Origin: Fidelibacterota bacterium
GTDB lineage: Bacteria > Fidelibacterota > UBA2242 > JAFGTP01
DNA length: 64,000 bases
Assembly: GCA_016934035.1 (NCBI GenBank)
Contig: JAFGTP010000054.1
Location: 14,778 to 78,777, forward strand
Reading direction: 5' to 3'
Shown one piece after another: positions 10,522-22,303 of this stretch. Numbering within the stretch: the first letter of the stretch is position 1; every line of letters begins with the position of its first letter. The notes under the pieces are model-generated. The model was not told the DNA's origin, ran no database searches, and worked only from the letters and a program-made list of their open reading frames with translations. The position numbers were made by a program, and so were the translations under genes.

Positions 10522-12225
10522 ATGAAAAAATTTCTAGTTTTGTCAATTATTGTGATGTTAATAATCGGTTGCTCAGACAAACCTGGCAACGATACGCTTT
10601 TAAGATTAGGTAATAAATACTATTCCTTATTAGATTTTTTTGAAGTTAATTCAAAAGAACAGTTTCTTAAAATTCCTGAAGAGAGTAAAATTAAACATAT
10701 CGAAAACTGGTCCGAAAACCAGTTGTTTTTAAAAGCCGCTGAAGATAAAGATTATTTTAAAAATAATGAAAAAATAAAAGAAGACCTGGAAAATTATAAA
10801 AAACAGGCAGACATTAAATATTACTTAGACCGTACAATCCTTGATTCCATTATCACTGAAAATATTCTAAAGGACTATTATGAAAAAATGGCGATAGAGG
10901 TTAATGCCTCTCATATTCTCCTTCAGCATAACGGCGTTAAACAAAATATGCAAAGAACGCGGGAAGAAGCTTTAAACCTTGCAAATATTATTACCGAAAA
11001 GGCAAGGTCTGGTGAAGATTTTGCGGCTTTGTCCAAAAAATATTCAGAAGATACCGGCTCCAAAGAAACCGGAAATCTGGGTTATTTCGGACCTGGAAAA
11101 ATGGTTAAAGAATTTGAGGAAGCAGCCTTTGCAATGGATAGAAATGAAATTTCGAATCCCGTTGAAACTCAATTTGGTTTTCATATCATCAAAGTTTTAG
11201 ATAAACGAAAAAAACCCGTCAAACCTTTTAATGAAGAAAGAAGTAATATTACCAACAAACTGGTGGCTAAATATCGTGGTGAATTACAAGAAAATTACCG
11301 CAAAAAAGTTGATGAATTGAAAGAGAAATACCGGTTTGAAATAAACCAATCAATGATTGATACTTTAATTATCACAGCTCAAAAATATAAAGAGGAAAAT
11401 GCAACTAAAAATATTTACGATGAAATGAATGTTATAACTGCTATTGAAATTCCCGGGCCATTAGGAAAATACGAAGGACAGGAAATCACATTAAAAGAAT
11501 TCACAGAAAAATTAAAAAACACTCATATGCAACTGCCTCCAGCTTATATCAACGACAGATATTTTAAAATTGTCATGGAAAATATATACCTTTCAGAGAT
11601 TTTTCTGAAAGAATTTAAAGAAAGCGGCATTCCTTATAATAATGACTATAATAAAGAGATTGACGCTTATAAAAGAAGAACAATGACTAATGAATTTAAA
11701 AAAGAATTACTTAGTACTGATATTGACGTTACAGATGAAGAAATTCAGAATTATTATGATGAGAAAAAAAATAAAGAATTTATGAATCCGTCAAAGGCTG
11801 AAACCAGAGAGATTTTTCTTTATGACAGTACAGAAGCAGTTAAAATACTGAAAGAAGTTTTAAAAAATCCTGATTCCTTTGATGATTTATCAAAAGAGAA
11901 AACCATGAGATATAATCAGAAAGAAAAACCCGGATATTTTGGCGAGATAACATCCTCACAATATGGTGAAATTGGAAAAATCGCCAACACAATGGATCCC
12001 AATACCATTTTTCCGGAGATAATCAAAGCAGGAAAGGGATGGTCGATAGTAAAAGTATATGGTAAAACAGAAGCCACAGAAAAAGAACTTGATACAGTGA
12101 GGGAAACAATCAAAAGTGTCCTAATGCAACAAAAAAAATCTTTACATGAAAAAGAGATGATTGAAAAATTAAAAAAGCAATACAAATTTAAAATTTATTG
12201 GAATTGCGTCAATATTGAGAAATAG
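10522..12225 (+). CDS. parvulin-type peptidyl-prolyl isomerase lipoprotein (PrsA/PpiD-like, two rotamase domains)
   Basis: Lipobox LIIGC; ASHIL...F..LSKKYSED...GNLGYF...MVKEFEEAAF...ETQFGFHIIKV. Confidence 0.85.
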   Translation: MKKFLVLSIIVMLIIGCSDKPGNDTLLRLGNKYYSLLDFFEVNSKEQFLKIPEESKIKHIENWSENQLFLKAAEDKDYFKNNEKIKEDLENYKKQADIKYYLDRTILDSIITENILKDYYEKMAIEVNASHILLQHNGVKQNMQRTREEALNLANIITEKARSGEDFAALSKKYSEDTGSKETGNLGYFGPGKMVKEFEEAAFAMDRNEISNPVETQFGFHIIKVLDKRKKPVKPFNEERSNITNKLVAKYRGELQENYRKKVDELKEKYRFEINQSMIDTLIITAQKYKEENATKNIYDEMNVITAIEIPGPLGKYEGQEITLKEFTEKLKNTHMQLPPAYINDRYFKIVMENIYLSEIFLKEFKESGIPYNNDYNKEIDAYKRRTMTNEFKKELLSTDIDVTDEEIQNYYDEKKNKEFMNPSKAETREIFLYDSTEAVKILKEVLKNPDSFDDLSKEKTMRYNQKEKPGYFGEITSSQYGEIGKIANTMDPNTIFPEIIKAGKGWSIVKVYGKTEATEKELDTVRETIKSVLMQQKKSLHEKEMIEKLKKQYKFKIYWNCVNIEK

Positions 12226-12228
12226 TTC

Positions 12229-13050
12229 ATGAAAAAGACTATCTTTATATTGATTTCAATATTCCTTCTGACAGGTTGCCATAAGAAAAATAAAGGCTAT
12301 CAATACATAGCCAGAGTTGATGACTCATTTTTAACTCAAGAAGAGTTGTTGGAAATGATTGAAAGAAAAACTACGGGTGGAATAAAAGAAGAAAACTTTA
12401 TCAATTCAATCATCACTGATTGGGTGAAAGATGAAATTATTTTTCAGAAAGCAAAAAAAGAACATTTTGACAAAGATAAAAATATTAAAAATAAGGTTGA
12501 AGATTATTGCAGATCGCTAGTAATTGATGAGTACTTAAAAAATCATTTTCAATCAACCGTTACAATCAGTAATAAAGAGATAGAGGATTTTTATGAGTCC
12601 AACAAAGAAAGTTTCCTTCTTGAAAAAGATGCATTGAAAATTTCTCATATCTTTGTTGAAGATTACAATGATGCAAATATTATAAAATCAACACTTCAAT
12701 CGATCAATATCAAAGATAAAAAAGAACTTTATAAAAAATATAAATTTGAAACAAGAATCATCAAAAAAGGTGAAGTTGTAAAAGATATTAATACAGAATT
12801 GTTTGAGAGAAGCACCTTAAGAATTGTAGGACCAGTTTCCTCGAATTATGGGTTTCATATTATTGAAATATTGGAACAGTTTAAAAATGGAGAGTATTTG
12901 CCGCTTGATGCAGTCAGAGATGATATTTATGAAATACTGATGCAGCAAAAAAATAAATCCGAATACATCGTATTTACTGATTCAATTATTTCCATAGCGG
13001 ATTTTGAGATAAAAAAAGAAAAATTAGAACAGGTAGTAAAGAGTAAATAA
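12229..13050 (+). CDS. parvulin-like PPIase/chaperone lipoprotein (degenerate rotamase domain)
   Basis: Lipobox LLTGC; IARVDDSFLT, ISHIFV and GPVSSNYGFHII. Confidence 0.75.
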   Translation: MKKTIFILISIFLLTGCHKKNKGYQYIARVDDSFLTQEELLEMIERKTTGGIKEENFINSIITDWVKDEIIFQKAKKEHFDKDKNIKNKVEDYCRSLVIDEYLKNHFQSTVTISNKEIEDFYESNKESFLLEKDALKISHIFVEDYNDANIIKSTLQSINIKDKKELYKKYKFETRIIKKGEVVKDINTELFERSTLRIVGPVSSNYGFHIIEILEQFKNGEYLPLDAVRDDIYEILMQQKNKSEYIVFTDSIISIADFEIKKEKLEQVVKSK

Positions 13051-14300
13051 TGAAAAAAAGATTTATAACAATATTTTTAATTGTAATACTTTGCATGGGC
13101 CAGGAAATTATTGACGGAATTGCCGCGATTGTCGGTGACCATGTGATTTTAAAAAGCGATGTGGAGCAATATGCAAGAATGGCAGCCAGCCAATACCGGA
13201 TTAACCCTTATTCTCAACAGGAAAAATACCAGGCTCTAAAAGAGACTGCACTTCAAAATTTGATTGATGAAAAAATATTATTGGAGCAGGCTAAAATTGA
13301 ATCCATTGAAGTAAAAGACAGAAATGTCGAACAAATGTTGGAACAACAAATGCAGGCGATGATTACTCAGGCGGGTGGTGAAGATAAAGTTGTGGAAATT
13401 ATGGGAAAATCAATTTCAGAAGTAAAAAAAGAATACAGGGAAATTGTACGAAACCGATTGATTGTTCAAAGCCTGCAACAAACAAAATTTTCAGATATAA
13501 TTATTTCAAGAAGAGAAGTAGAAAAATTTAAGATAGAATACAAAGACTCTTTACCGGAAATTCCACCAAGCATTGATTTTAGTCATATTTTAATAAAACC
13601 AAAATTTGGAGATGATGAGACAACGGTCGCAAAAAAATTAATCGATTCGCTTTATACAGTAATTAAAAATGGATCTGATTTTGGACAATTGGCTATAAAA
13701 TTTTCTCAGGATTTTAATTCAGCTAAAATGGGTGGTGAATTGGGATTTATTGAACGTGGAAATTTGGTAAAATCCTTTGAAGAAGCCGCTTTTAAATTGG
13801 AACCTGGAGAAATCAGTGAGGTAGTAAAATCTGTTTTTGGTTATCATATCATTCAAATGATTGAAAGAAAAGGTGAAAAAATAAATGTACGTCATATATT
13901 AATCCAGGAAGAAATATCAGATAAAAATATCGATACAGCAAGAGAAAAAGCCATTGAAGTATATGATGAGATTTTAGATCAAAAAATAAGTTTTGATTCA
14001 GCTGCCGTAAAATATAGTGATGATGTGGACCTTGAAAAAACGAAAGGACGAATTAGTCGTATTCCAAGAAATCAAATTGAAAACCCTGAATTTATCAGGG
14101 TGCTGGATACATTAAACACAGGTGAGATTAGCCACGTCTTTAAGACAGATCAAGGATTTCATATCATCCGGCTTAACAATATTTATGATGATACTTATCT
14201 AACCTTGGAAAACTGGGCACAAGAAATTAAAAAACAGCAGATTTATAATGAATGGGTTGAGGAGTTGCGAAAAAATTTCACGATAGAAATTAGAAATTAA
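13050..14300 (+). CDS. surA: SurA-like periplasmic chaperone/PPIase
   Basis: IDGIAAIVGDHVILKSD SurA N-domain plus two rotamase domains (SHILI...GGELGF...FGYHII; RHILI...GFHII). Confidence 0.85.
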   Translation: MKKRFITIFLIVILCMGQEIIDGIAAIVGDHVILKSDVEQYARMAASQYRINPYSQQEKYQALKETALQNLIDEKILLEQAKIESIEVKDRNVEQMLEQQMQAMITQAGGEDKVVEIMGKSISEVKKEYREIVRNRLIVQSLQQTKFSDIIISRREVEKFKIEYKDSLPEIPPSIDFSHILIKPKFGDDETTVAKKLIDSLYTVIKNGSDFGQLAIKFSQDFNSAKMGGELGFIERGNLVKSFEEAAFKLEPGEISEVVKSVFGYHIIQMIERKGEKINVRHILIQEEISDKNIDTAREKAIEVYDEILDQKISFDSAAVKYSDDVDLEKTKGRISRIPRNQIENPEFIRVLDTLNTGEISHVFKTDQGFHIIRLNNIYDDTYLTLENWAQEIKKQQIYNEWVEELRKNFTIEIRN

Positions 14301-14597
14301 CAGAGTTATAAACAAGGTGTGAATCAAATGTGGAAATCATTGGTTACGTTAACAGATTCAAACATTTTAATAAAGCGTGCAATAGATGTGCATATTCATT
14401 CAAAATTTATTCACACTTTTTTAAACATTGTCAATACTTATATTTCGACGATGAATTCAAAGTTATCAACAAGTCAACAGTATAATATAAGTAAAAAGCT
14501 TTTTATTCAAATAAATTAACTAATATTTATATCTTGTTTTGATTTTTGATTTTAATTAAAATACTTTCAATCAAAATTTCGAAATAAAGGAGAGATC
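14301..14597. other. probable chromosomal replication origin oriC
   Basis: Six DnaA-box-like 9-mers against TTWTNCACA: TTATAAACA 14306, TGTGAATCA 14318, TGTGGAAAT 14329, TGTGCATAT 14387, perfect TTATTCACA 14407 and TTATCAACA 14463. An AT-rich tract follows, directly upstream of dnaN. Confidence 0.75.
14534..14562 (+). promoter_or_regulatory. putative sigma70 promoter for dnaN operon
   Basis: TTGTTT-17bp-TAAAAT. The AT-rich context lowers specificity. Confidence 0.4.
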
Positions 14598-15716
14598 ATG
14601 CATTTTTCAGCTGAGCGAGCCATATTAAACGAAAATATTAAAAAAATATCCAAAGTAGTGCCATCCAGAACAACGATGCCAATTTTGGAAAGTATTCTAT
14701 TTACCCTGGAAGGTGATGAACTTCAGTTAAGGGCCACTGATTTAAACGTTTCAATGAAAATGGTTCTGGAAGTTGATGGAATTCAGGACGGGACTATTGC
14801 TGTTCCTGCTACCATACTGCAACAGATTGTAAACCAAATTGATGAAGATAAAATCCAACTGAAATCCGAAGAAGATGGAAGGGTTAAAATTATTTCCAAA
14901 AAGGGCCATTATGACATTAATGGCAGACCTGCTGAAGAATTTCCATCAATTCCGGTTATATTAAATTCGAATACCATTGAAATTAACAAAGAAATTCTTA
15001 ACAGGATGATTCGTAAGTCCATCATTGCGGTTGGCAGAGATGAACTGAAACCAGCACTTTTAGGAGTTTTGTGTGAAGTTAAAAGAAATGAAATTAAATT
15101 TGTGGCAACAGATGTTCATAAATTTGTTGCTATCAAAAATACCAATTTCACTTCCGAAGATTTTGAAGGATCAGTGATTATTCCGGAAAGATTTTTAAGT
15201 TTGCTCTTAGGGTACCTGAGCGGTGACGGATCTTTGAAAATCGAAATCGGAGAGAACCATATTAAGGTTGAATTGGACAATTATTTAATCTATTCCAGAT
15301 TAATCAATGAGCAATATCCGGATTATGAATCGGTAATACCTTATGATAATGATAAAGTAGCAGTTATCGATACAGTAGAAATGTCATCGACTTTGAAAAG
15401 AGTTTCGATCTTTTCAAACCAAAAAACCAAACAGATATCGTTAAAAATACAAAAGGATAAATCAATCATATCAACCCTGAGTTATGAGAATTACTCCAGC
15501 GCTGAAGAAGAAGTGAAAATTGACTATTCGGCGGAAGATATCGAGTTGGGGTTTAACGCTGAATACTTCATTCAGTTGTTGGATAATATCGATACAGTGA
15601 ATGCAGTTTTAAAAATGGATACACCTCTGAGTCCAAATCTTTTATTGCCTGAAGAACAATTGGAAGATGAAGAACTATTAATGATCATTATGCCAATTCG
15701 ATTGGAAAATAGTTAA
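14598..15716 (+). CDS. dnaN: DNA polymerase III beta sliding clamp
   Basis: MPILE, ATDL, ATDVHK, YPDYESVIP, GFNAEY and C-terminal MPIRL; AAGGAG SD. Confidence 0.97.
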   Translation: MHFSAERAILNENIKKISKVVPSRTTMPILESILFTLEGDELQLRATDLNVSMKMVLEVDGIQDGTIAVPATILQQIVNQIDEDKIQLKSEEDGRVKIISKKGHYDINGRPAEEFPSIPVILNSNTIEINKEILNRMIRKSIIAVGRDELKPALLGVLCEVKRNEIKFVATDVHKFVAIKNTNFTSEDFEGSVIIPERFLSLLLGYLSGDGSLKIEIGENHIKVELDNYLIYSRLINEQYPDYESVIPYDNDKVAVIDTVEMSSTLKRVSIFSNQKTKQISLKIQKDKSIISTLSYENYSSAEEEVKIDYSAEDIELGFNAEYFIQLLDNIDTVNAVLKMDTPLSPNLLLPEEQLEDEELLMIIMPIRLENS

Positions 15717-15739
15717 AAATCATCAGCTGAATATTATTA

Positions 15740-16846
15740 ATGTTTATCCATAAAATTTTGCTGAAAAATTTTCGAAATTTTTCAGATTCAGAATTTCTCT
15801 TCAAAAATAATCTTAATTTCATACTTGGAAAAAATGGAGCCGGTAAAACCTCAATACTGGAGGCCATCCATTATTTGGCTTTTTCTAAAAGTTTTCGGAC
15901 CAACAGCGATAATGAGGCAATTAAAAATGAATCTGAATATTTCCAGATTTTTGGAGACTTCACCAATACCGAAAAAGATTATCGGGTAAACCTTAATTAT
16001 GTGAAAAAGGAAGGTAAACGAATTATTATTAACAATGCGCCATTGGAAAAGATGAAAGAAATTGTCGGAAAATTTCCAGTGGTCAGTCTATCACCGGACA
16101 ACGAAAAAATCACAAAGGGTTCTCCGTTAGAAAGAAGAATTTTTATTGATAAAATATTATCCCAATCAGACCACGAATATTTTGAAAATTTGATTAAATA
16201 TAACAGATCTTTAAAAAATCGTAACCGGTTATTGAAACAGAGTAAAGAACAAAAAAAATTTATCTACGATATTCTTTTTGAAAGCCTTGATGAGTTATTA
16301 ATTCAGGATGCTTTTAAACTGGTTCAGAAGCGGAAAAATTTTCTAAAAGAGTATAATACAATATTTCAGGATGAAATAAAAAAAGTATCCCATTTTAATT
16401 ATCATTGCCAATTAAAAATTAAATCCAAAACTCCAATTGATGATGAAAATTTTTATCAAAATTATCGCAATAAATTAAAGGAAAAAATCCTAAAAGATAT
16501 TATATTAAGCAGAACATCATATGGCCCGCATTTGGATAATATTGATGTGTATTTTGATAATAAAGAGATAAAAAAAGTAGCATCGCAGGGCGAGCATAAA
16601 ATTGTGCTAATTGCGCTTAAAATGGCTGAGGGTAAATATCTGCAAAAAAAACTTAATGTAACTGTTATTTATCTGCTGGATGATTTATTTGCGCTCCTGG
16701 ATTCAGACCATTGTGTAAGGACGATTGATGAAATTAGTAATGATAATCAAACTATTGTTACTTCAACCAGTCTTGACCATCTGGAGCAGGAAAAAGAAAG
16801 ATTAAAAAATTACGATTACGGGATCATTCAATTAAATGGAATTTAA
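15740..16846 (+). CDS. recF: DNA replication/repair protein RecF
   Basis: NFRN, GKNGAGKT, KSFRT, GPH.D, SQG and LLDD motifs. Confidence 0.93.
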   Translation: MFIHKILLKNFRNFSDSEFLFKNNLNFILGKNGAGKTSILEAIHYLAFSKSFRTNSDNEAIKNESEYFQIFGDFTNTEKDYRVNLNYVKKEGKRIIINNAPLEKMKEIVGKFPVVSLSPDNEKITKGSPLERRIFIDKILSQSDHEYFENLIKYNRSLKNRNRLLKQSKEQKKFIYDILFESLDELLIQDAFKLVQKRKNFLKEYNTIFQDEIKKVSHFNYHCQLKIKSKTPIDDENFYQNYRNKLKEKILKDIILSRTSYGPHLDNIDVYFDNKEIKKVASQGEHKIVLIALKMAEGKYLQKKLNVTVIYLLDDLFALLDSDHCVRTIDEISNDNQTIVTSTSLDHLEQEKERLKNYDYGIIQLNGI

Positions 16847-16852
16847 AAATTC

Positions 16853-17131
16853 ATGTCAGGACCTATAAATAACATTTTTGAAAAATTGATTAAAAGATAT
16901 GGTATTGAGTCTGAGGTAAGACAGCATGAGGCTTTGTTTATATGGGAAAAAGTGGTTGGGGAAAGTATTGCAAGGCATTCCAAAGCAAAAAAAATTTCCT
17001 ATGGTAAATTGATTGTTCATGTTGATTCTCCAGTCTGGAGAAATGAATTGATATTTCAGAAATCTGAAATTTTGAATAAAATCAATCATTTACTAAAAGG
17101 CACAAACATAACAGATATTATATTAAGATAA
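16853..17131 (+). CDS. dciA: DciA/DUF721-family helicase loader accessory protein
   Basis: WEKVVGESIARHS...L.V.V.SPVWRNEL motif; located between recF and gyrB. Confidence 0.85.
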   Translation: MSGPINNIFEKLIKRYGIESEVRQHEALFIWEKVVGESIARHSKAKKISYGKLIVHVDSPVWRNELIFQKSEILNKINHLLKGTNITDIILR

Positions 17132-17135
17132 ATAA

Positions 17136-19070
<1,935 letters not shown>

Positions 19071-19072
19071 TT

Positions 19073-21589
19073 ATGGAAAAAAATAAATTGGAATTTGAAG
19101 ATCAGAGAATTTTAAAAGTTGACATCGAAGATGAAATGAAAACCGCTTATCTCGATTATTCCATGTCGGTGATTGTTTCACGAGCTTTACCCGATGTGCG
19201 CGATGGACTGAAACCGGTCCATAGAAGAATTATGTTTGGCATGTCAGAGCTCAACCTCACTTATCAAAGAGCCCCTAAAAAATGTGCCAGAATTGTGGGA
19301 GAAGTTTTAGGTAAATACCATCCTCATGGGGACTCTTCGGTTTACGATGCTTTAGTGAGAATGGCCCAGGATTTTTCCATGCGCTATCCCCTGGTTCAGG
19401 GACAAGGTAACTTTGGATCAATCGATGGTGATAGTGCCGCTGCCATGAGATATACCGAAGCCAGAATGGCCAAAATATCCAAAGAACTATTGGCAGATAT
19501 TGAAAAAGAAACTGTTGATTTTTCTCCTAATTTTGATGAAACCCTGATGGAACCCAATGTCCTTCCGGCTCGTGTACCCTTTTTATTGACCAATGGATCC
19601 AGTGGTATTGCAGTAGGTATGGCCACAAACATTCCACCTCACAACCTGACAGAGGTGGTTGATGCAACCATCTATCAGATTGATCATCCGGATTGTGAAA
19701 TAGAAGAACTAATGACCTTTGTCAAAGGCCCTGATTTTCCGACAGCTGGTATCATCATGGGTAAAGGCAGTATTAAAGAAGCCTATGAGACTGGAAAAGG
19801 AATCATCAAAATCCGTGGTCGGGCTGAAATAGATGAAATGAAAAACGGCAAAATGCGGATTATCATAACCGAATTGCCTTATCAGGTCAACAAAGCAAAA
19901 TTAATCAAAACCATCGCAGACTTGGTAAAAAATAAAATCATCGACGGAATTACCGATCTTCGGGATGAATCTGGCAGATCGGGTATTCGGGTTGTTCTGG
20001 AACTTCGGAAAAATATTTACCCGGAAGTTATTTTGAACCAGCTCTACAGTCACACACAGTTGGAAGAGTCTTTTGGAATTAATCTCCTTGCCTTAGTCAA
20101 AGGCGTACCCAAAAGATTAAATCTGAAACAGGTTTTGACAAATTTTATTGAATTCAGACATGAAGTAATTGTCAAAAGAACGATTTTTGACCTCAACAAA
20201 GCCGAAGCCAAGGCCCACATTCTTGAAGGTTTAAAAATTGCGCTTGAAAATATTGATGAAGTCATCAAAATCATTCGCGGGTCAAAGAATCCTGAAGATG
20301 CCAAAGAACAACTGATTGCAACCTTCAATTTATCGGAACTCCAGTCTAAAGCCATTCTGGATATGCGTTTGCAAAAATTAACTTCCCTGGAAGTTGAAAA
20401 AGTAATCGAAGAATACAATGAAGTCATGAAATTAATCGAAAGATTAAAGTTTATCCTGGCCAACGTATCGGAACAATATAAAATCATAAAAGATGAAATG
20501 ATAGAAATTCGTGATACTTATGGAGATAAAAGATTGACTGAGATTACTGCCGATTCTTCAGACTTTTCCATAGAAGATATGATTGCAGAAGAGGATATGG
20601 TAATCACAATATCAGACAGCGGTTTTATCAAAAGAAGTCCGATAATTGACTATAAAAAACAGAAGCGTGGTGGTCGTGGTACTCGTGGGGCAATGACTAA
20701 AAATGACGACTTTATTAAAGATATTTTTATTGCCAGCACCCATGATTACATCCTTTTCCTGACCAATAAAGGGCGTTGTTATTGGCTGAAGGTTCATGAA
20801 ATTCCTTTGGGAGGAAGAAATACCCGCGGAAGAGCAGTGGTCAATCTGATCCAGGTCAAACCCGGCGAAGTGGTTAAAAGTTTTATTAGCACTCGGGATT
20901 TTCCTGATGATAAATACATGGTTATTGCCACTAAAGAAGGATTGGTCAAAAAAACTGAATTATCAAAATTCAGTAAACCCAGAGTTACTGGAATTCAGGC
21001 AATTGGCTTAAAAGATGGTGACGAAATCGTAAATGCCGCAATCACTGACGGTGATCATTATATCATTCTAGGCAGTTCCTATGGAAAATCCATCAAATTT
21101 CACGAAAGGGATTGCCGTCCTATGGGAAGGTCGGCTTTCGGAGTTCGTGGTATTCGGCTGGTAGGAAAAGGTAATATTGTTGTGGAAATGGTTGCCACTC
21201 AAGGAGAAGAAGGTACACTTCTGGCGATTTGTGAAAACGGTTTCGGCAAAAGAACAGCGATTGAAGATTATCCGGTCATCAAACGTGGTGGCGTCGGTGT
21301 TATAACGATAAAAACATCCATCAGAAATGGCAAAATGTTATCATTATTAAAAGTTAATGATGAAGATGACCTGATGATTATTACCCAAAATGGAGTTCTC
21401 ATACGTTTAGGTGTCTCTACCATTCGATCCATTGCCCGTAATACCCAGGGAGTCAAGTTAATCAAACTTGATGACGACGATGCAATCTCAGCCGTGACCC
21501 GTGTTGCCCGTGATGATGATGGTGAAGATGATTTTGACAATGAAAACGGTGTGGAGCAGGAGGAAATTGAACCTGAAAATGAGGAATAA
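19073..21589 (+). CDS. gyrA: DNA gyrase subunit A
   Basis: [23 protein letters not shown], GyrA-box QKRGGRG and acidic tail. Confidence 0.98.
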   Translation: MEKNKLEFEDQRILKVDIEDEMKTAYLDYSMSVIVSRALPDVRDGLKPVHRRIMFGMSELNLTYQRAPKKCARIVGEVLGKYHPHGDSSVYDALVRMAQDFSMRYPLVQGQGNFGSIDGDSAAAMRYTEARMAKISKELLADIEKETVDFSPNFDETLMEPNVLPARVPFLLTNGSSGIAVGMATNIPPHNLTEVVDATIYQIDHPDCEIEELMTFVKGPDFPTAGIIMGKGSIKEAYETGKGIIKIRGRAEIDEMKNGKMRIIITELPYQVNKAKLIKTIADLVKNKIIDGITDLRDESGRSGIRVVLELRKNIYPEVILNQLYSHTQLEESFGINLLALVKGVPKRLNLKQVLTNFIEFRHEVIVKRTIFDLNKAEAKAHILEGLKIALENIDEVIKIIRGSKNPEDAKEQLIATFNLSELQSKAILDMRLQKLTSLEVEKVIEEYNEVMKLIERLKFILANVSEQYKIIKDEMIEIRDTYGDKRLTEITADSSDFSIEDMIAEEDMVITISDSGFIKRSPIIDYKKQKRGGRGTRGAMTKNDDFIKDIFIASTHDYILFLTNKGRCYWLKVHEIPLGGRNTRGRAVVNLIQVKPGEVVKSFISTRDFPDDKYMVIATKEGLVKKTELSKFSKPRVTGIQAIGLKDGDEIVNAAITDGDHYIILGSSYGKSIKFHERDCRPMGRSAFGVRGIRLVGKGNIVVEMVATQGEEGTLLAICENGFGKRTAIEDYPVIKRGGVGVITIKTSIRNGKMLSLLKVNDEDDLMIITQNGVLIRLGVSTIRSIARNTQGVKLIKLDDDDAISAVTRVARDDDGEDDFDNENGVEQEEIEPENEE

Positions 21590-21593
21590 CTAA

Positions 21594-21890
21594 ATGTTTA
21601 TAATCGGATATCTGTTTGTCTCCGTTGCAAAGATTTTATCCCTTGTCATCAATATTTACATCATTTTGATTATTATTGATAGTATTCTTTCCTGGCTGAA
21701 AATAAATAATTATAATGAATACAGCCGGTTTGTCGGACATTTAGTGGATCCCTATTTGAATACACTCAGACAATTGATTCCCCGTTTTTCAACAGTAGAT
21801 TTGACACCATTTTTTGGAATTTTAATTTTATATTTTACCGATGAATTTTTAGTAAATATCATAAAAGAAATTGGGATCATGTTTTTATGA
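21594..21890 (+). CDS. YggT-family membrane protein
   Basis: Small hydrophobic protein with ILSW...DPYL..LRQLIP...DLTP pattern. Confidence 0.8.
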   Translation: MFIIGYLFVSVAKILSLVINIYIILIIIDSILSWLKINNYNEYSRFVGHLVDPYLNTLRQLIPRFSTVDLTPFFGILILYFTDEFLVNIIKEIGIMFL

Positions 21891-22303
21891 GAGACTATAA
21901 TTTTAAGTATAAAAAAGAAGTCATGGATCATATCAATACAATAGCCGAAGAATATAGAAAACTGGTAGACCAGGCTGATATTAATGCAATACATGCCTAT
22001 AATGAGCTGGAAAATATTGATGAGGTGACGCAGGAACAAATACTCTCTGACGCCATTGATGAAACGGATCAAATCATGTTTCAGGTCGAAGACGCCAATG
22101 GCTCGGATTTTATATTTTCCGAAAAAGAAATTGAGGAAATAGAAAACATCATTGTGACCTCAAGACTGGACAGGGGTATATTGATTGAGCAGGTTAAATA
22201 TATAAAAAATAAAAACCTGGAACTTGAAAAATACCTGGATTATAAAAAATACAGGCTGAAGGCCAAAAATGAAAAAATTCGTCAAAAATCTATCGAAGAA
22301 TGA
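21887..22303 (+). CDS. coiled-coil protein, possibly a degenerate DivIVA
   Basis: N-terminus RDYN...KEVMDHINTIAEEYRKL resembles the DivIVA RGY..EV..FL..IA..Y..L helix; sits between yggT and a PNP-like gene. Confidence 0.45.
   Translation: MRDYNFKYKKEVMDHINTIAEEYRKLVDQADINAIHAYNELENIDEVTQEQILSDAIDETDQIMFQVEDANGSDFIFSEKEIEEIENIIVTSRLDRGILIEQVKYIKNKNLELEKYLDYKKYRLKAKNEKIRQKSIEE

Noticed and set aside
14319-14519. 66-aa ORF upstream of dnaN
   Set aside because: No SD or recognisable motif; it coincides with the DnaA-box cluster and is better explained as oriC.
19174-19189. parS half-site TGTTTCACGA in gyrA
   Set aside because: The second half does not match; the sequence encodes the conserved IVSRAL motif.
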